Below are positions 1 to 9,867 of a stretch of 64,000 nucleotides of DNA, in pieces. The notes beneath the pieces were generated by a model. It saw only the letters and a list, made by a program, of their open reading frames with translations. It had not been told where the DNA came from and made no database searches. The translations under genes and the position numbers were made by a program. Source of the stretch: Myxococcota bacterium (lineage in GTDB: Bacteria; Myxococcota_A; UBA9160; SZUA-336); the NCBI GenBank assembly GCA_965247115.1, contig CBDFGR010000003.1, positions 2,464,001-2,528,000 on the forward strand, written 5' to 3'. Positions within the stretch are counted from its first letter, which is position 1. Every line of letters starts with the position of its first letter.

Positions 1-278
1 TGAATTCAGGGCGCGGCAGTCGGCCGCTCTTGTTGCTCGTTCACGAGTTGGCAAGAACCAGGACACCAGCAGCAAGATCAGAGAGTTTTCCCGCACGGAA
101 GCGACGAGACCGGACAGAACGCGCTCGGAGATCAAGAAGGAAGGTGCCAGCGGCTTCCGCAGCCTGAGTAGGGTCCGCACGAACGACTGGAGGTACTTGA
201 ACGAGATTGGAGGGCGCGCGTCGGCGGCAGAGTTGATTCGAGTCGTAAGCTGCCCGCTGCAGAGGACGAACTAGGAGT

Positions 279-1439
279 ATGGCGATGCGGATCGCCTTCG
301 TCGGGTGCGGCTACGCCGCCGACTTCTACGCAAATACTCTGCCCAACCATCCACACTTGGAGCTTGCCGGCGTCATGGACCGCGACGCCGCTCGTGCAAC
401 GCGATTCGCGGCGCACTACTCGTTTCCCGTCATGGAATCGCTCGACCAGCTGCTGGCCGACCAGAGCATCGATATCGTCGTCAATCTGACCAATCCCTCG
501 AGTCACTACGAGATCTCTAAGGCCGCTCTACTGGCGGGCAAGCACGTCTACAGCGAGAAGCCCCTGGCGATGTCGATGGAGGGGGCAGAGGAGCTGGTCG
601 AAATCGCCGAACGGCAAGGTCTCCTTCTGACCGCGGCTCCGTGCAACGTTCTCGGTGAGTCGGCGCAGACCGTATGGAAGGCATTGCGCGAGCGGCAGAT
701 AGGCGAGGCGCGCCTCATCTATGCCGAGCTGGACAACGGCCTTCTTCACCGACTGTCCTACCTCAACTGGATGAGCGAGTCCGGCACCCCCTGGCCGTAC
801 AAGGACGAGTTCGAGGTCGGGTGCACGCTGGAGCATGCCGGCTACTACTTGACCTGGCTGGCAGCGTTCTTCGGCCCTGCGACTTCGGTTACGTCCCATT
901 CCTCGATCGTGGTACCCGATAAGAAATTGGTCGAGGGCCGCGACGTCCACACGCCAGACTTCTCGGTGGCCTGCATTCAGTTTGAATCGGGTCCCGTCGC
1001 GCGGCTCAGCTGCAGCATCGTTGCACCGCGGGACCACTCGCTGAGGATCTTCGGCGACGATGGGATCCTCACCACTCCCAACTGCTGGGACTACGGGTCC
1101 CCCGTCCATGTCCAGCGCCGGACGCCCCTTCGCCTGCGCGCGGAGAAGTACCCCAGAGCTGCAAGGCTCCTGAGGCTCGGACCAAGGAAATATCCGCTGG
1201 TGAGGAAGCCCAGGTTTGTGTACCGGTGCAAGGGGGCAGAGAGGATGGACTACTGCCGGGGCATCGACGAGCTGGCAGGCTCCATCCGGGAGGAACGTCC
1301 GTGTCGGCTCCCCGCCCGGTTCTGTTTACACGTGAACGAGCTCGCCCTAGCGATCCAGCACCCGCCAAAGGCAGGTGCTCCGCGCCCCCTGCGAACTACC
1401 TTCGAGCCCGTGGAACCGATGTCGTGGGCGGATTCGTAG
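279..1439 (+). CDS. Gfo/Idh/MocA family NAD(P)-dependent oxidoreductase
   Basis: N-terminal GCGYAA Rossmann motif, KHVYSEKP motif, RBS AGGAG upstream. Confidence 0.9.
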   Translation: MAMRIAFVGCGYAADFYANTLPNHPHLELAGVMDRDAARATRFAAHYSFPVMESLDQLLADQSIDIVVNLTNPSSHYEISKAALLAGKHVYSEKPLAMSMEGAEELVEIAERQGLLLTAAPCNVLGESAQTVWKALRERQIGEARLIYAELDNGLLHRLSYLNWMSESGTPWPYKDEFEVGCTLEHAGYYLTWLAAFFGPATSVTSHSSIVVPDKKLVEGRDVHTPDFSVACIQFESGPVARLSCSIVAPRDHSLRIFGDDGILTTPNCWDYGSPVHVQRRTPLRLRAEKYPRAARLLRLGPRKYPLVRKPRFVYRCKGAERMDYCRGIDELAGSIREERPCRLPARFCLHVNELALAIQHPPKAGAPRPLRTTFEPVEPMSWADS

Positions 1440-1762
1440 TCTGAGCGTCGTGCGCCGTTTCCGAATCCAAGTGCTGGTAGTAGGTGTAGCCATCACCCGA
1501 ATTGAGATTCGCGCCAGGAGCGCTCGGCCCGAGCAATCGCCCGAGTTAAGGAGAAGCTCATACGCGGGGTGCTTGGAACCGGCTGCCCCTCATATGCAGT
1601 TCCTGGCCCCACGAGCACAAACGCGACAAGCGAGATGATGTGCGAGTTCCTCCAAATCAACGCGATGAGATGAGTGGGGTGGCCATTGCCCAACGGGCGA
1701 CCAGGGCCCCGCCACTCCATTTTGCCACTGTGCTCTACACTTCGCGTAGCCCGTAGCCGGGC

Positions 1763-2992
1763 CTAGCGGCCAATCAGCAAGTCGTCGATCAGCCGGGTGA
1801 GTTCACGAGCGAAGATCCTGTTGCCGAGCGGGGAAAAGTGGGCATTGCTGAAGAGGGGATCTTGGTCTCCACCAAGACGATCGGCTTCCCTTGCAAAGAC
1901 GGGCATGAGGTCGAGAACCTCGAGCCCAGCTTCGCGAAGCTGCCGCGTTAACGGCATCGAACTCACTCCGCGCCACCTGAAGATGAAATCAGGAGCGGGA
2001 AGCACAACGATCACCGGAATTGAACCGGCCGCGCTCGCCTCTTCGGCGAACGCTTTGGAGATGGCCACAGCCAACTCGTTCGCGATATTGAGCTCGCCCG
2101 AGTAGATATCCCGGTGGAGATTCCTTCGCCGCCAGCGATCGTGGACCGTGGCAACGACCCGAAGGGTTCGGATGTGGTACCACCATTTGAATTTCAGATC
2201 ACCCTGACGAATCCAGAATTCATAGTTGGGTTCCGGCAGAGTCTCGCTCGACATTTCCGCGATCATCTGCTCTCTGCCTCGAATCGGGGTATTGACGGCG
2301 CGCAGTTCCCCATCTTCCAATACGAAGCGCGGTTTCTCGCGTGGCAGCTCTCCGAATGTCAAGTAGTAGCGATTGATAGACAGAAGGCGGAAGAGATTGT
2401 CGGGCCAGATCCCAAAGATGGCCAGGTCTGCTTTGAATCTCTCTGCGTCGCGGCGCCAGCGCAGAAGAGCCTGGGAGGGCCCGTATCCTGGCACTCCGAA
2501 GTTCATGACCTCGACGTCAGGCCGCGATTCCTCCAATATGAAAGGCCAGGTGTCTTCGAAATCGACACGGGTAGCCCAGATCACGGAGTCCCCAACCGCT
2601 AGAAGTCGCAACTTGCCTTGGGGAACCTCCTCCTCGTAGATTCGGTCGCGTCTCGCATGCAAGAACTGCTTACTGACGTTGTTGTCTGGATCTTTGTTAA
2701 TCGGTATCCAGCCGAGGTCCTGATCACGCGCGAGAAAGGATGCTGCAGAAATGTGGTCCCAGGCTGCGGCTAATTGCTCCCGACTCGGACGATGCGGAAG
2801 AAGTTCCATCCTGGGTATGCTGGCTACCCCGCCAGTGCACAGCGTGCCGACAGGCGTGGTGCAGGTCATCAACCGCAGGAGCGCCTCCACTGATGTAGAT
2901 GCGACCATTAGCGAAAGCAAGGCTACAAGCAATTTGACTCGAGTTCGAGCCTTGCGTCTAGGAGTGGTAGCGTTTGAAAACTCGGTAGGCAT
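1763..2992 (-). CDS. Membrane-anchored SGNH/GDSL hydrolase (AlgX/AlgJ-like polysaccharide acylation protein)
   Basis: N-terminal TM, GDS, NFGVPGYG, C-terminal NAHFSPLGN. Confidence 0.8.
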   Translation of the reverse strand: MPTEFSNATTPRRKARTRVKLLVALLSLMVASTSVEALLRLMTCTTPVGTLCTGGVASIPRMELLPHRPSREQLAAAWDHISAASFLARDQDLGWIPINKDPDNNVSKQFLHARRDRIYEEEVPQGKLRLLAVGDSVIWATRVDFEDTWPFILEESRPDVEVMNFGVPGYGPSQALLRWRRDAERFKADLAIFGIWPDNLFRLLSINRYYLTFGELPREKPRFVLEDGELRAVNTPIRGREQMIAEMSSETLPEPNYEFWIRQGDLKFKWWYHIRTLRVVATVHDRWRRRNLHRDIYSGELNIANELAVAISKAFAEEASAAGSIPVIVVLPAPDFIFRWRGVSSMPLTRQLREAGLEVLDLMPVFAREADRLGGDQDPLFSNAHFSPLGNRIFARELTRLIDDLLIGR

Positions 2993-3634
2993 GTTGCGTT
3001 TTAGATCCCATCGGGTCTACCCGAATGATAAGCGATGTTAAGCAGCATCCGAAACCGGAGGGCTCTACGACTGCGCACGCTCCGGCTCCCTAGCGGGAGG
3101 CGAATGGATCGTGAGTGGCCAGAGATTGCCGCCCCCGAGTCAAACCTAGTCCTCTGCCGCAGACGCAGTACCTGCGGACGAGGATGGGACTCGAGGCCCG
3201 ATCTTTGGCTTGACTTCTCGCAGTTGCTGACTTGGGCTAGACTCTATGAAGCGACCGGCTCCGTTCGCAACCTCCGTGCTCAGTGAGAAGCGGCCCTGGT
3301 CGCCGGCTCAAGAAGCTCCTCCTGCGTCGTGGCATCTGCTGTACAGCAGAGGTGCGCATGGACCTAGGCCCACCGCCAGTGGCTGCGAGGGTTAAGTTGG
3401 AGACGGGACGATCTGTCAGGAGGAGCCGGACTGAGCGAGCGTCGGAGCGCTGCATGCTTCCGCGGGATCGACACGCGGCGATCACGGTCGTGGCCGAGTT
3501 CCATGCCCGGCGACGCTATCTCGTCTGCGCGTGAGCGTCTGCCGTCTCCCTCTCCAACCTCAAGGATGCCCCATGAGCACGAAGCCTCGGCGGCTTGCCA
3601 GAAGGTCACTCCACATCAGCTAGCTAGAGACACC

Positions 3635-5173
3635 TTACTCGACAGCGCTCGTGATCTCGAAGAGGTCGTAGATCTGCTCCGTGTTGGGGAACGCGTAGAC
3701 CCGGTCGGGAAGGAGGGGAAGCGAAGTACCAAAATACTCGTTGAAGATGATCCGGAAGGTGTTGACGGGCGTCAGACTTGGGTGAAGTCCCTCCGCCTCG
3801 ACGCCAGGCAGGAGGAGGGCATTCAGGATCCCTGTCTTCTCGCGCAGTTCGTCTGGCGTTGTATCGCGCCAATCAATCAGCTTCTCGTCTGCAAAGATCC
3901 GGGCTGGGAAGGGCCCCTCGTCGGCTTGAATGATGATGATCGGTGCGACCTCGGACCTTCGGAGCAGAGTGTCGACGAGTTTGAGGATCTCGCCGTTGAG
4001 GAACTCGACTTGTCCGACGTAGTTGGTACGTCGATCCCGAAGCCGTTCCTCGGCCTTGCTCATGCAGTTTCCTTGTGCATCGACCACATAGGGCCAATGC
4101 GGGCTCAGTATGTGGGCGAAGACGAACAAGACTTCCTCGCTGGAGGCGATCTCCTTGAGCCGCTCAAACTTGAGCTTCACCCTCCTACACTGAACATCCC
4201 GATTGTTGACACCGGCCAAGATTCTGGTCCTTCGTGTGATGGGCCAGAACAAGGAGGATCGCAGCAGCGTCCTCGTAAACTCGTTCAGGTGCGCGTGTAT
4301 TTGGAGGTTCTCGTCGGCGTTCCGGTTCATGCGGGTGGGGTCCCACCAGGAACCCAGGTGTACGTAGCGATAGCCAGCACCGTGCAGGAGGCGCCCGACC
4401 TCGTGGTCCTGCATCAGGGCTCTCAACGGCTGCGTGTCGCTAGAATCCGGCCCCATCTCAGCCGCAAGTCGATCCAGATATTGCATATTGAGAGAAGAGG
4501 CCAGAGAGTGACCTGTTCTCAGGTAGTTCGACGCACTCCTAGAAGCGACGTAGAATCCTCTTGCTCGAAGTTGATCGAGAAATGGGGAGTTGTCGAAGCC
4601 GTAGCTCTCGGAGAGGACTCTCTGTGAGCCGTATCGGTCGAAGACCAGGAAGTAGACGCTCCGGGCCGGGCCGACGGGTATCAGTTCCGAGATAGGGAGC
4701 GCGAATTGCTCGGCGACATCGTACTCGTGGGTTCGTGCGAAGTGCGCCGCGAGCGAGACGGCCGGCATAATCACGAGGACCGCCGCGGCAATGTTTAAGA
4801 TGCGTGTGGCATCGACGAGAGTGGAGTTGCTCCGAGCGATCCACACGATGACCGTTGCAGAAGCGAGGACCCAAAGGGGGATTACGTAGCGGCCTTTGAG
4901 ACCGATCTCGATGACCGCATCGACCAGCTCGAAGACGTGGCCGTATGAGAACCAGGAGATGATCACGACGGAGGTGATCAATCCAGCCTTCCGCGCGCTC
5001 CTGAAGACCGCGTACACAACGGCGAAAGTAGCGACACCGAAGCCGAGAGAAAGGGAAAACCCAACCCAAGACTCCTCTGGCAGGAGAAGATCCGCTCCAC
5101 TTGCATAAAGCGCTAGCGGGGGATAAAGCGCCAGAAGAAACGGATGCGCGACGGGCGTGCGACGTCCAGACAT
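3635..5173 (-). CDS. Multi-TM protein with extracytoplasmic alkaline-phosphatase/sulfatase-like domain (NoeB/LTA-synthase-like)
   Basis: About 5 N-terminal TM helices; FLVFDRY, SNYLRT, HILSPHWPY, IQADEG motifs. Confidence 0.75.
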   Translation of the reverse strand: MSGRRTPVAHPFLLALYPPLALYASGADLLLPEESWVGFSLSLGFGVATFAVVYAVFRSARKAGLITSVVIISWFSYGHVFELVDAVIEIGLKGRYVIPLWVLASATVIVWIARSNSTLVDATRILNIAAAVLVIMPAVSLAAHFARTHEYDVAEQFALPISELIPVGPARSVYFLVFDRYGSQRVLSESYGFDNSPFLDQLRARGFYVASRSASNYLRTGHSLASSLNMQYLDRLAAEMGPDSSDTQPLRALMQDHEVGRLLHGAGYRYVHLGSWWDPTRMNRNADENLQIHAHLNEFTRTLLRSSLFWPITRRTRILAGVNNRDVQCRRVKLKFERLKEIASSEEVLFVFAHILSPHWPYVVDAQGNCMSKAEERLRDRRTNYVGQVEFLNGEILKLVDTLLRRSEVAPIIIIQADEGPFPARIFADEKLIDWRDTTPDELREKTGILNALLLPGVEAEGLHPSLTPVNTFRIIFNEYFGTSLPLLPDRVYAFPNTEQIYDLFEITSAVE

Positions 5174-5174
5174 C

Positions 5175-6554
5175 TCAACGACACCCGTAGAGGTAGACTG
5201 TACGCGACGTGCCTTCGAGTGGGGATCGTTCCTTTAGATCGAAGTGGGCACCGAATGCCTTCTCGAACGCTTCCTGAGTGTAGTGGGGGAAGATGTCGTC
5301 TCTACTGGCGAGTAGGCGCTGCGTCTGAGAATCCTCTTTCGGGACGAACTCGACGATCAGGTTCTCACAGAGGCCCCGCAGCCAGGCGGCGATGTTCGCC
5401 AGCGGCAAGTTGTTCCCGATCGCCAGGTGGTGGACCAGCGCTAGAGCCATCACGAGATCCGGCGGGCCGCGATCCTGCAGCGACATGCGCTCTGCGCCGG
5501 CCCAACCCAGTCCCGGACTCGGATTCGAGAGATCCATCACCAGCGGGAGGAGCCGCTGCTCTCTGCTTTGGCGCGCCTCTCGGTAATTCTGGTCAACCGC
5601 GCTCGGGTCGTAATCGAAGGAGACGGTATAGGCGCCGAAGTCGGCAGCGAGCCGGCTGAATACTCCCGTGTTGGCTCCTAGGTCCCAGACGGACGCGGGA
5701 CGGGTCTTGTCGATATAGCTCCGTACAACGGACTTCTTCTCGCTGAAAGAGCTATCCGAGTAGCTCGTCGCCCCGTAATAGTCGCCCCACTCCGTGGCTC
5801 CGGGGCTCCACTCCATTCGGCCAACGGCCGATTCGAGATTGTCAATGAGGCCCCGGAGAGCAGTGGGAGAGACCCCCCTGGTCCTCGCCTTCTGGGCGAC
5901 CTCGGGCGATCCCGCATAGCGGCCAAGTGAGCGCGCGTGAATGTGGATGTGTGTAAGAAGGGAGAACGAGAGGCGGCTCCGGAGAGGGAGCAGACGACTG
6001 GCCAGATCCAAAGGAACTCCATCTATGTTGGTGCGCATGAGCTTGAGCGCGTCGTGATGGCAGAGGCTCACGAGTGCGAGTGGAGCCAAGAAGTGGCGGC
6101 AGAACTGCTGGTAGGCCACCCACGGCTGTCCCTCTGGATAGATCTCGAACGAGAGGGTGTCGATGAAAACCGGCTTCGACCCCAAGAACTGAACGTTGTA
6201 GGCGCTTGCATCCTTCAGCCACATCCCCGCTTCGAGCGCCCTCTTCTGGAGGGCCAATGTGAGCAGAGCGGCTTCCTTGAGCTGGCTAAACGTCCACTCG
6301 TAGGGATACGAGATGAATGGAATGGGCTCGGGCCTCAGGAGCCTGTACGCGCCTTCCGTCCCCGGGACACTCGCCGGATCGACCTCCGAATGAGACACGA
6401 CGAGTCCAGCCTCGACGTTCGCTTGATGAAGACCTGACTCCATGAGGTGATCAAAATGGCGGCGATGGGCAGGCGCAACATATCGGTAGAGGAGCCCCCC
6501 GTGATGGAACAGGAAGCCGCTGGGATCCCGAAAGGAGCTAGTGATCCGCTCCAC
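5175..6554 (-). CDS. NoeA-like protein: kinase-like N-terminal domain plus class I SAM methyltransferase (start uncertain, 6554-6617)
   Basis: SFRDPSG, LKDASAYN, IDTLSF motifs; WDLGANTG SAM-binding motif; LALVHHLAI. Confidence 0.8.
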   Translation of the reverse strand: MERITSSFRDPSGFLFHHGGLLYRYVAPAHRRHFDHLMESGLHQANVEAGLVVSHSEVDPASVPGTEGAYRLLRPEPIPFISYPYEWTFSQLKEAALLTLALQKRALEAGMWLKDASAYNVQFLGSKPVFIDTLSFEIYPEGQPWVAYQQFCRHFLAPLALVSLCHHDALKLMRTNIDGVPLDLASRLLPLRSRLSFSLLTHIHIHARSLGRYAGSPEVAQKARTRGVSPTALRGLIDNLESAVGRMEWSPGATEWGDYYGATSYSDSSFSEKKSVVRSYIDKTRPASVWDLGANTGVFSRLAADFGAYTVSFDYDPSAVDQNYREARQSREQRLLPLVMDLSNPSPGLGWAGAERMSLQDRGPPDLVMALALVHHLAIGNNLPLANIAAWLRGLCENLIVEFVPKEDSQTQRLLASRDDIFPHYTQEAFEKAFGAHFDLKERSPLEGTSRTVYLYGCR

Positions 6555-6795
6555 GGTCGACTTCGGAAGCGGAACCGTCGTCCCGATGCGGTGGCGGATC
6601 GCTCGAGCCGAAACCAAGGCGCCCTCGGAGCTTGCGCCAGTAGATCTTGAGCGTGAAGAGGCCCGCCATCAGGCTTGCAAATGCCACTTGGAGCACCATG
6701 CTCCCGGTGCCGAGGTCGAGATAGGCGTGCGCGGACATCGGCCAAACCAACACCAAGACGCCACTTGCGCTCGCGAGTCGCAGTGCCTTACTCAT
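6538..6795 (-). CDS. Small membrane protein (AYLDxGTGS family) usually found upstream of NoeA-like genes
   Basis: Signal-like segment ending AHA, then YLDLGTGSMVLQ, a TM helix and a basic YWRKLR; overlaps the next gene. Confidence 0.75.
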   Translation of the reverse strand: MSKALRLASASGVLVLVWPMSAHAYLDLGTGSMVLQVAFASLMAGLFTLKIYWRKLRGRLGFGSSDPPPHRDDGSASEVDRGADH

Positions 6796-6967
6796 CCTGC
6801 AGAGGCTAACTCGATTTCCCCAGACGAGTCAAAGTCGGCGCGCAGCTCCGGGATCCAACTCTGGGGATCGGTTGCCCTTACACAGCATCTCGCCGCCCCG
6901 GTCCTTTTCCAGCCTCAGGAGAACACCCCCCCCGAGCTGGCCCATCTTGCCGCCCAAGCACCCGCAA

Positions 6968-7687
6968 CTAGCCTCTCAGAACCGTCCTGTATCGTTGGTA
7001 CTCGGAATCTGGAAGCGATTCGACCATGACGCGTGCGGGCGTCCCAGAAGCTATTGACCGCGGGGGAATCGAATCTAGGACTACGGAGTTTGCCGCGATA
7101 ACGCTCTCGTGGCCTACCTCAACCGGTCCGAGAATCGCTGAGCCCGCGCAAACTATGACCCCGTCGCCGAGAGTCGGGCGGTGTAGGTTCCCGCTCCCAA
7201 CGCCAAGTGCGTCACCTACAGTGACACCCTGGTAGATCGTGACGTCCCGGCCAATCACGCAGCCTGAACCGATCACTGTTGAAAGGCCATGAATCAGCTT
7301 CAGCCCTGGTCCAATCTCGGCGGAGTAGTAGATCTCAGATCCAGTCATCGTTCGACCGAGGGCTGCGATGACATCTGGGATCTCGGGGACTTGGGCACGA
7401 TGTAGCTCGTGACTGAGTCGATAGAGATAGGTGGCGAGCAAGTTGGGAGCGAGCAGGAGCCGCTCAAAGAGATGCTCCGCGCTATCGAAGTTGGCCTGCC
7501 AGCGAGCCAAATCGGATTCGAATGCGGCAGCACTTGCAGCCACAGCTCCAACCCACTCCGGGTTTGCCCGAATTCTTCTCGGCGCGAGGAGACGCGTAAA
7601 CCGCTGGTAGGGCCCTGTAGCCAAGCACCCTCGGAGAAACCGACGAACCTTCCCGGGAAAGGCTGGCTTGTTCCACGATGACGGCAC
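6968..7687 (-). CDS. Serine O-acetyltransferase-like (CysE/WcaB) hexapeptide acyltransferase
   Basis: AEIGPGLKLIHGLSTVIG, IYQGVTVG, PTLGDGV, IAANSVV left-handed beta-helix repeats. Confidence 0.85.
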   Translation of the reverse strand: MPSSWNKPAFPGKVRRFLRGCLATGPYQRFTRLLAPRRIRANPEWVGAVAASAAAFESDLARWQANFDSAEHLFERLLLAPNLLATYLYRLSHELHRAQVPEIPDVIAALGRTMTGSEIYYSAEIGPGLKLIHGLSTVIGSGCVIGRDVTIYQGVTVGDALGVGSGNLHRPTLGDGVIVCAGSAILGPVEVGHESVIAANSVVLDSIPPRSIASGTPARVMVESLPDSEYQRYRTVLRG

Positions 7688-7910
7688 GCTCTCTCCTCAG
7701 TTGGGGGCATCGTTTCACACTCTGGGCAACAAACGAGGTCGTCGCTTCGGCCCCCGGGACGGGAAGAGTGGATCGGACTATAGGCTGCCTGGGGGTGGAT
7801 TTCCGCAGTTCCTTCACTCCATGATACACTGAGACAGGAGTTTTCTTGCTGGGCTGTGACTCCATCCCGCGTACCAAGGTGACCCTCCTGGGGGCCCATC
7901 CAGACCTGGC

Positions 7911-9867
7911 ATGACAGAGACCATCCCAGAGATAGCCGACGACCTGTTCGCACAGGCAACGCTCATTCGCACGGTAGAACTTCGCCTGCTGGACCTGTTC
8001 TCCGAGGGAAAGCTCTCCGGCACCGTCCACACCTGCATAGGCCAGGAGTTCACTGGAATAGCCGTGTGCAGTTTCCTGGGGAACGACGATCTCATCTTCA
8101 GCAACCACCGGTGTCACGGGCACTTCCTTGCCCGCACCGGCGATGTAGACGGGCTGGTGGCGGAGGTCATGGGCAAGGAGTCCGGCGTCTGCGGGGGGCG
8201 GGGGGGCAGCCAGCATCTCTGCTCTTCGGGATTCTTCTCGAACGGTGTTCAGGGAAGCATCGTGCCTGTCGCGGCAGGTCTCGCATTGGCCAAGAAGCGA
8301 GACGGCGTAGGAGGAGTCGTAGTTGCCTTTATCGGAGATGGGACACTCGGTGAGGGCGTTCTCTATGAGACGCTCAACATAGCTTCCAAATGGCAACTGC
8401 CGCTTCTGATCGTCCTCGAGGACAACGGATACGCCCAGAGCACCCCGCAGAAGCAGTACATCTCGGGAGAGATACCTCTACGTGCGCGGGCGTTTGGGAT
8501 CGAGACTGGCACTACCGATACATGGGATCTCGAAGGTCTCTTCAACGACAGCAGAAAGGCGGTCGAGTTCGTCCGGCTCGAGGCAAGGCCGTATTTTCTC
8601 AAGATCCGATACGTATCGCCTTATGGCGCACTCGAAGGGCGATGACGATCGCGATCCCGGTGAGGTCCAAGGCTTCTGGGCAAGGGACCCCCTGACGCAG
8701 TTCCGTAGTCGTTCTCTAGATAAGGCTGACTCGTTTGAAGCGATCGCAACAAGTCGTGTTGAGGACGCTGTTGCTAGGGCGGAGAGCGCCTCGCACGCGA
8801 CGCTTCCCAAAGATCTGATACCCGTCGCATCCCGGAGTGTGGAGTGGCTACGAACTGACTTTGATTCACGCGACCGCGTGGTCAACAGGATCCACGCGGC
8901 CCTCAGGGCACGCCTGGAAGCGGACGAACGTGTATTCATCCTCGGCGAAGACATCGAGGGCCCGTATGGTGGGGCGTTCAAGGTAACCAAGGACTTGAGC
9001 TTGGAGTTTCCTGGGCGGCTCCGGAATACACCGATAAGCGAGGCCGCGATAGTCGGAATCGGCGCCGGCCTTGCCCTCGCCGGAAAGCTCCCCGTGTGCG
9101 AAGTGATGTTTGGTGACTTCCTGGCGCTCGCCTTTGACCAGATTCTCAACTCGGCCGCCAAGTTCAACTTCATGTACAACGAGCAGGTGGAGACTCCGCT
9201 CGTTATTCGCGCACCGATGGGGGGGAGGCGTGGGTACGGCCCAACCCACAGTCAGTCGATCGAAAAGCACTTCATGGGGATACCCGGAACGGTCGTTGTT
9301 GCGCCACATCACCGGTACGACCCAGCTCTGCTGTACGAGAGGATCCTGACGACCTGCAAGCGGCCCACGCTCGTAATCGAGAACAAGCTCCTCTACGGAG
9401 AGCGTATATCACCGGAGGTCGAGGACCAGTTCACCCTCGAGCACTCGAACGAGGGCCTCCCAACAACACGCATCCGCCCCGGAGTCGACCCCGATCTGAC
9501 GATAGTCTGCTACGGGGGAATGCTCCGCCAGGTAGAAGCCGCATTGGCGCCGCTCTTCGAGGACTACGAGATCCTTTGCGAAGTGCTGTGCCCGACCCAG
9601 CTTTACCCCTTGAACGCCGGCCCGATCCTCGACTCGGTGCGGCAGACGAGGCGTCTCCTGGTGGTGGAAGAGGGGATCGGTTTCGCCGCTTTTGGCTCCG
9701 AGGTGATTGCCCAGCTATGTGAGCTTCTAGGTCCGCTCCCGTTCAATGTGCGAAGACTCGCCAGTGCACCTGTGCCAATTCCCAGCTCCCCTCCTCTGGA
9801 AAGAGCTGTACTTCCGGGGACCGAGGACGTCGTCGAGGCAGCCCGCGCGACGGTCGGCGATGCCTAG
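7911..9867 (+). pseudogene. Fused 2-oxoacid dehydrogenase E1 alpha/beta (ThDP-dependent), split by a +1 frameshift at about 8606
   Basis: Alpha: HTCIGQE, NHRCHGH, GDG..N ThDP motif, YRLMAHS in the second frame. Beta: GEDI..YGG, NTPISE, GPTHSQ. Removing one C of AAGATCCGAT gives KIDTYRLMAHSKG. Confidence 0.85.

Noticed and set aside
1..278. Partial gene at the window start
   Set aside because: No recognisable coding motif on either strand
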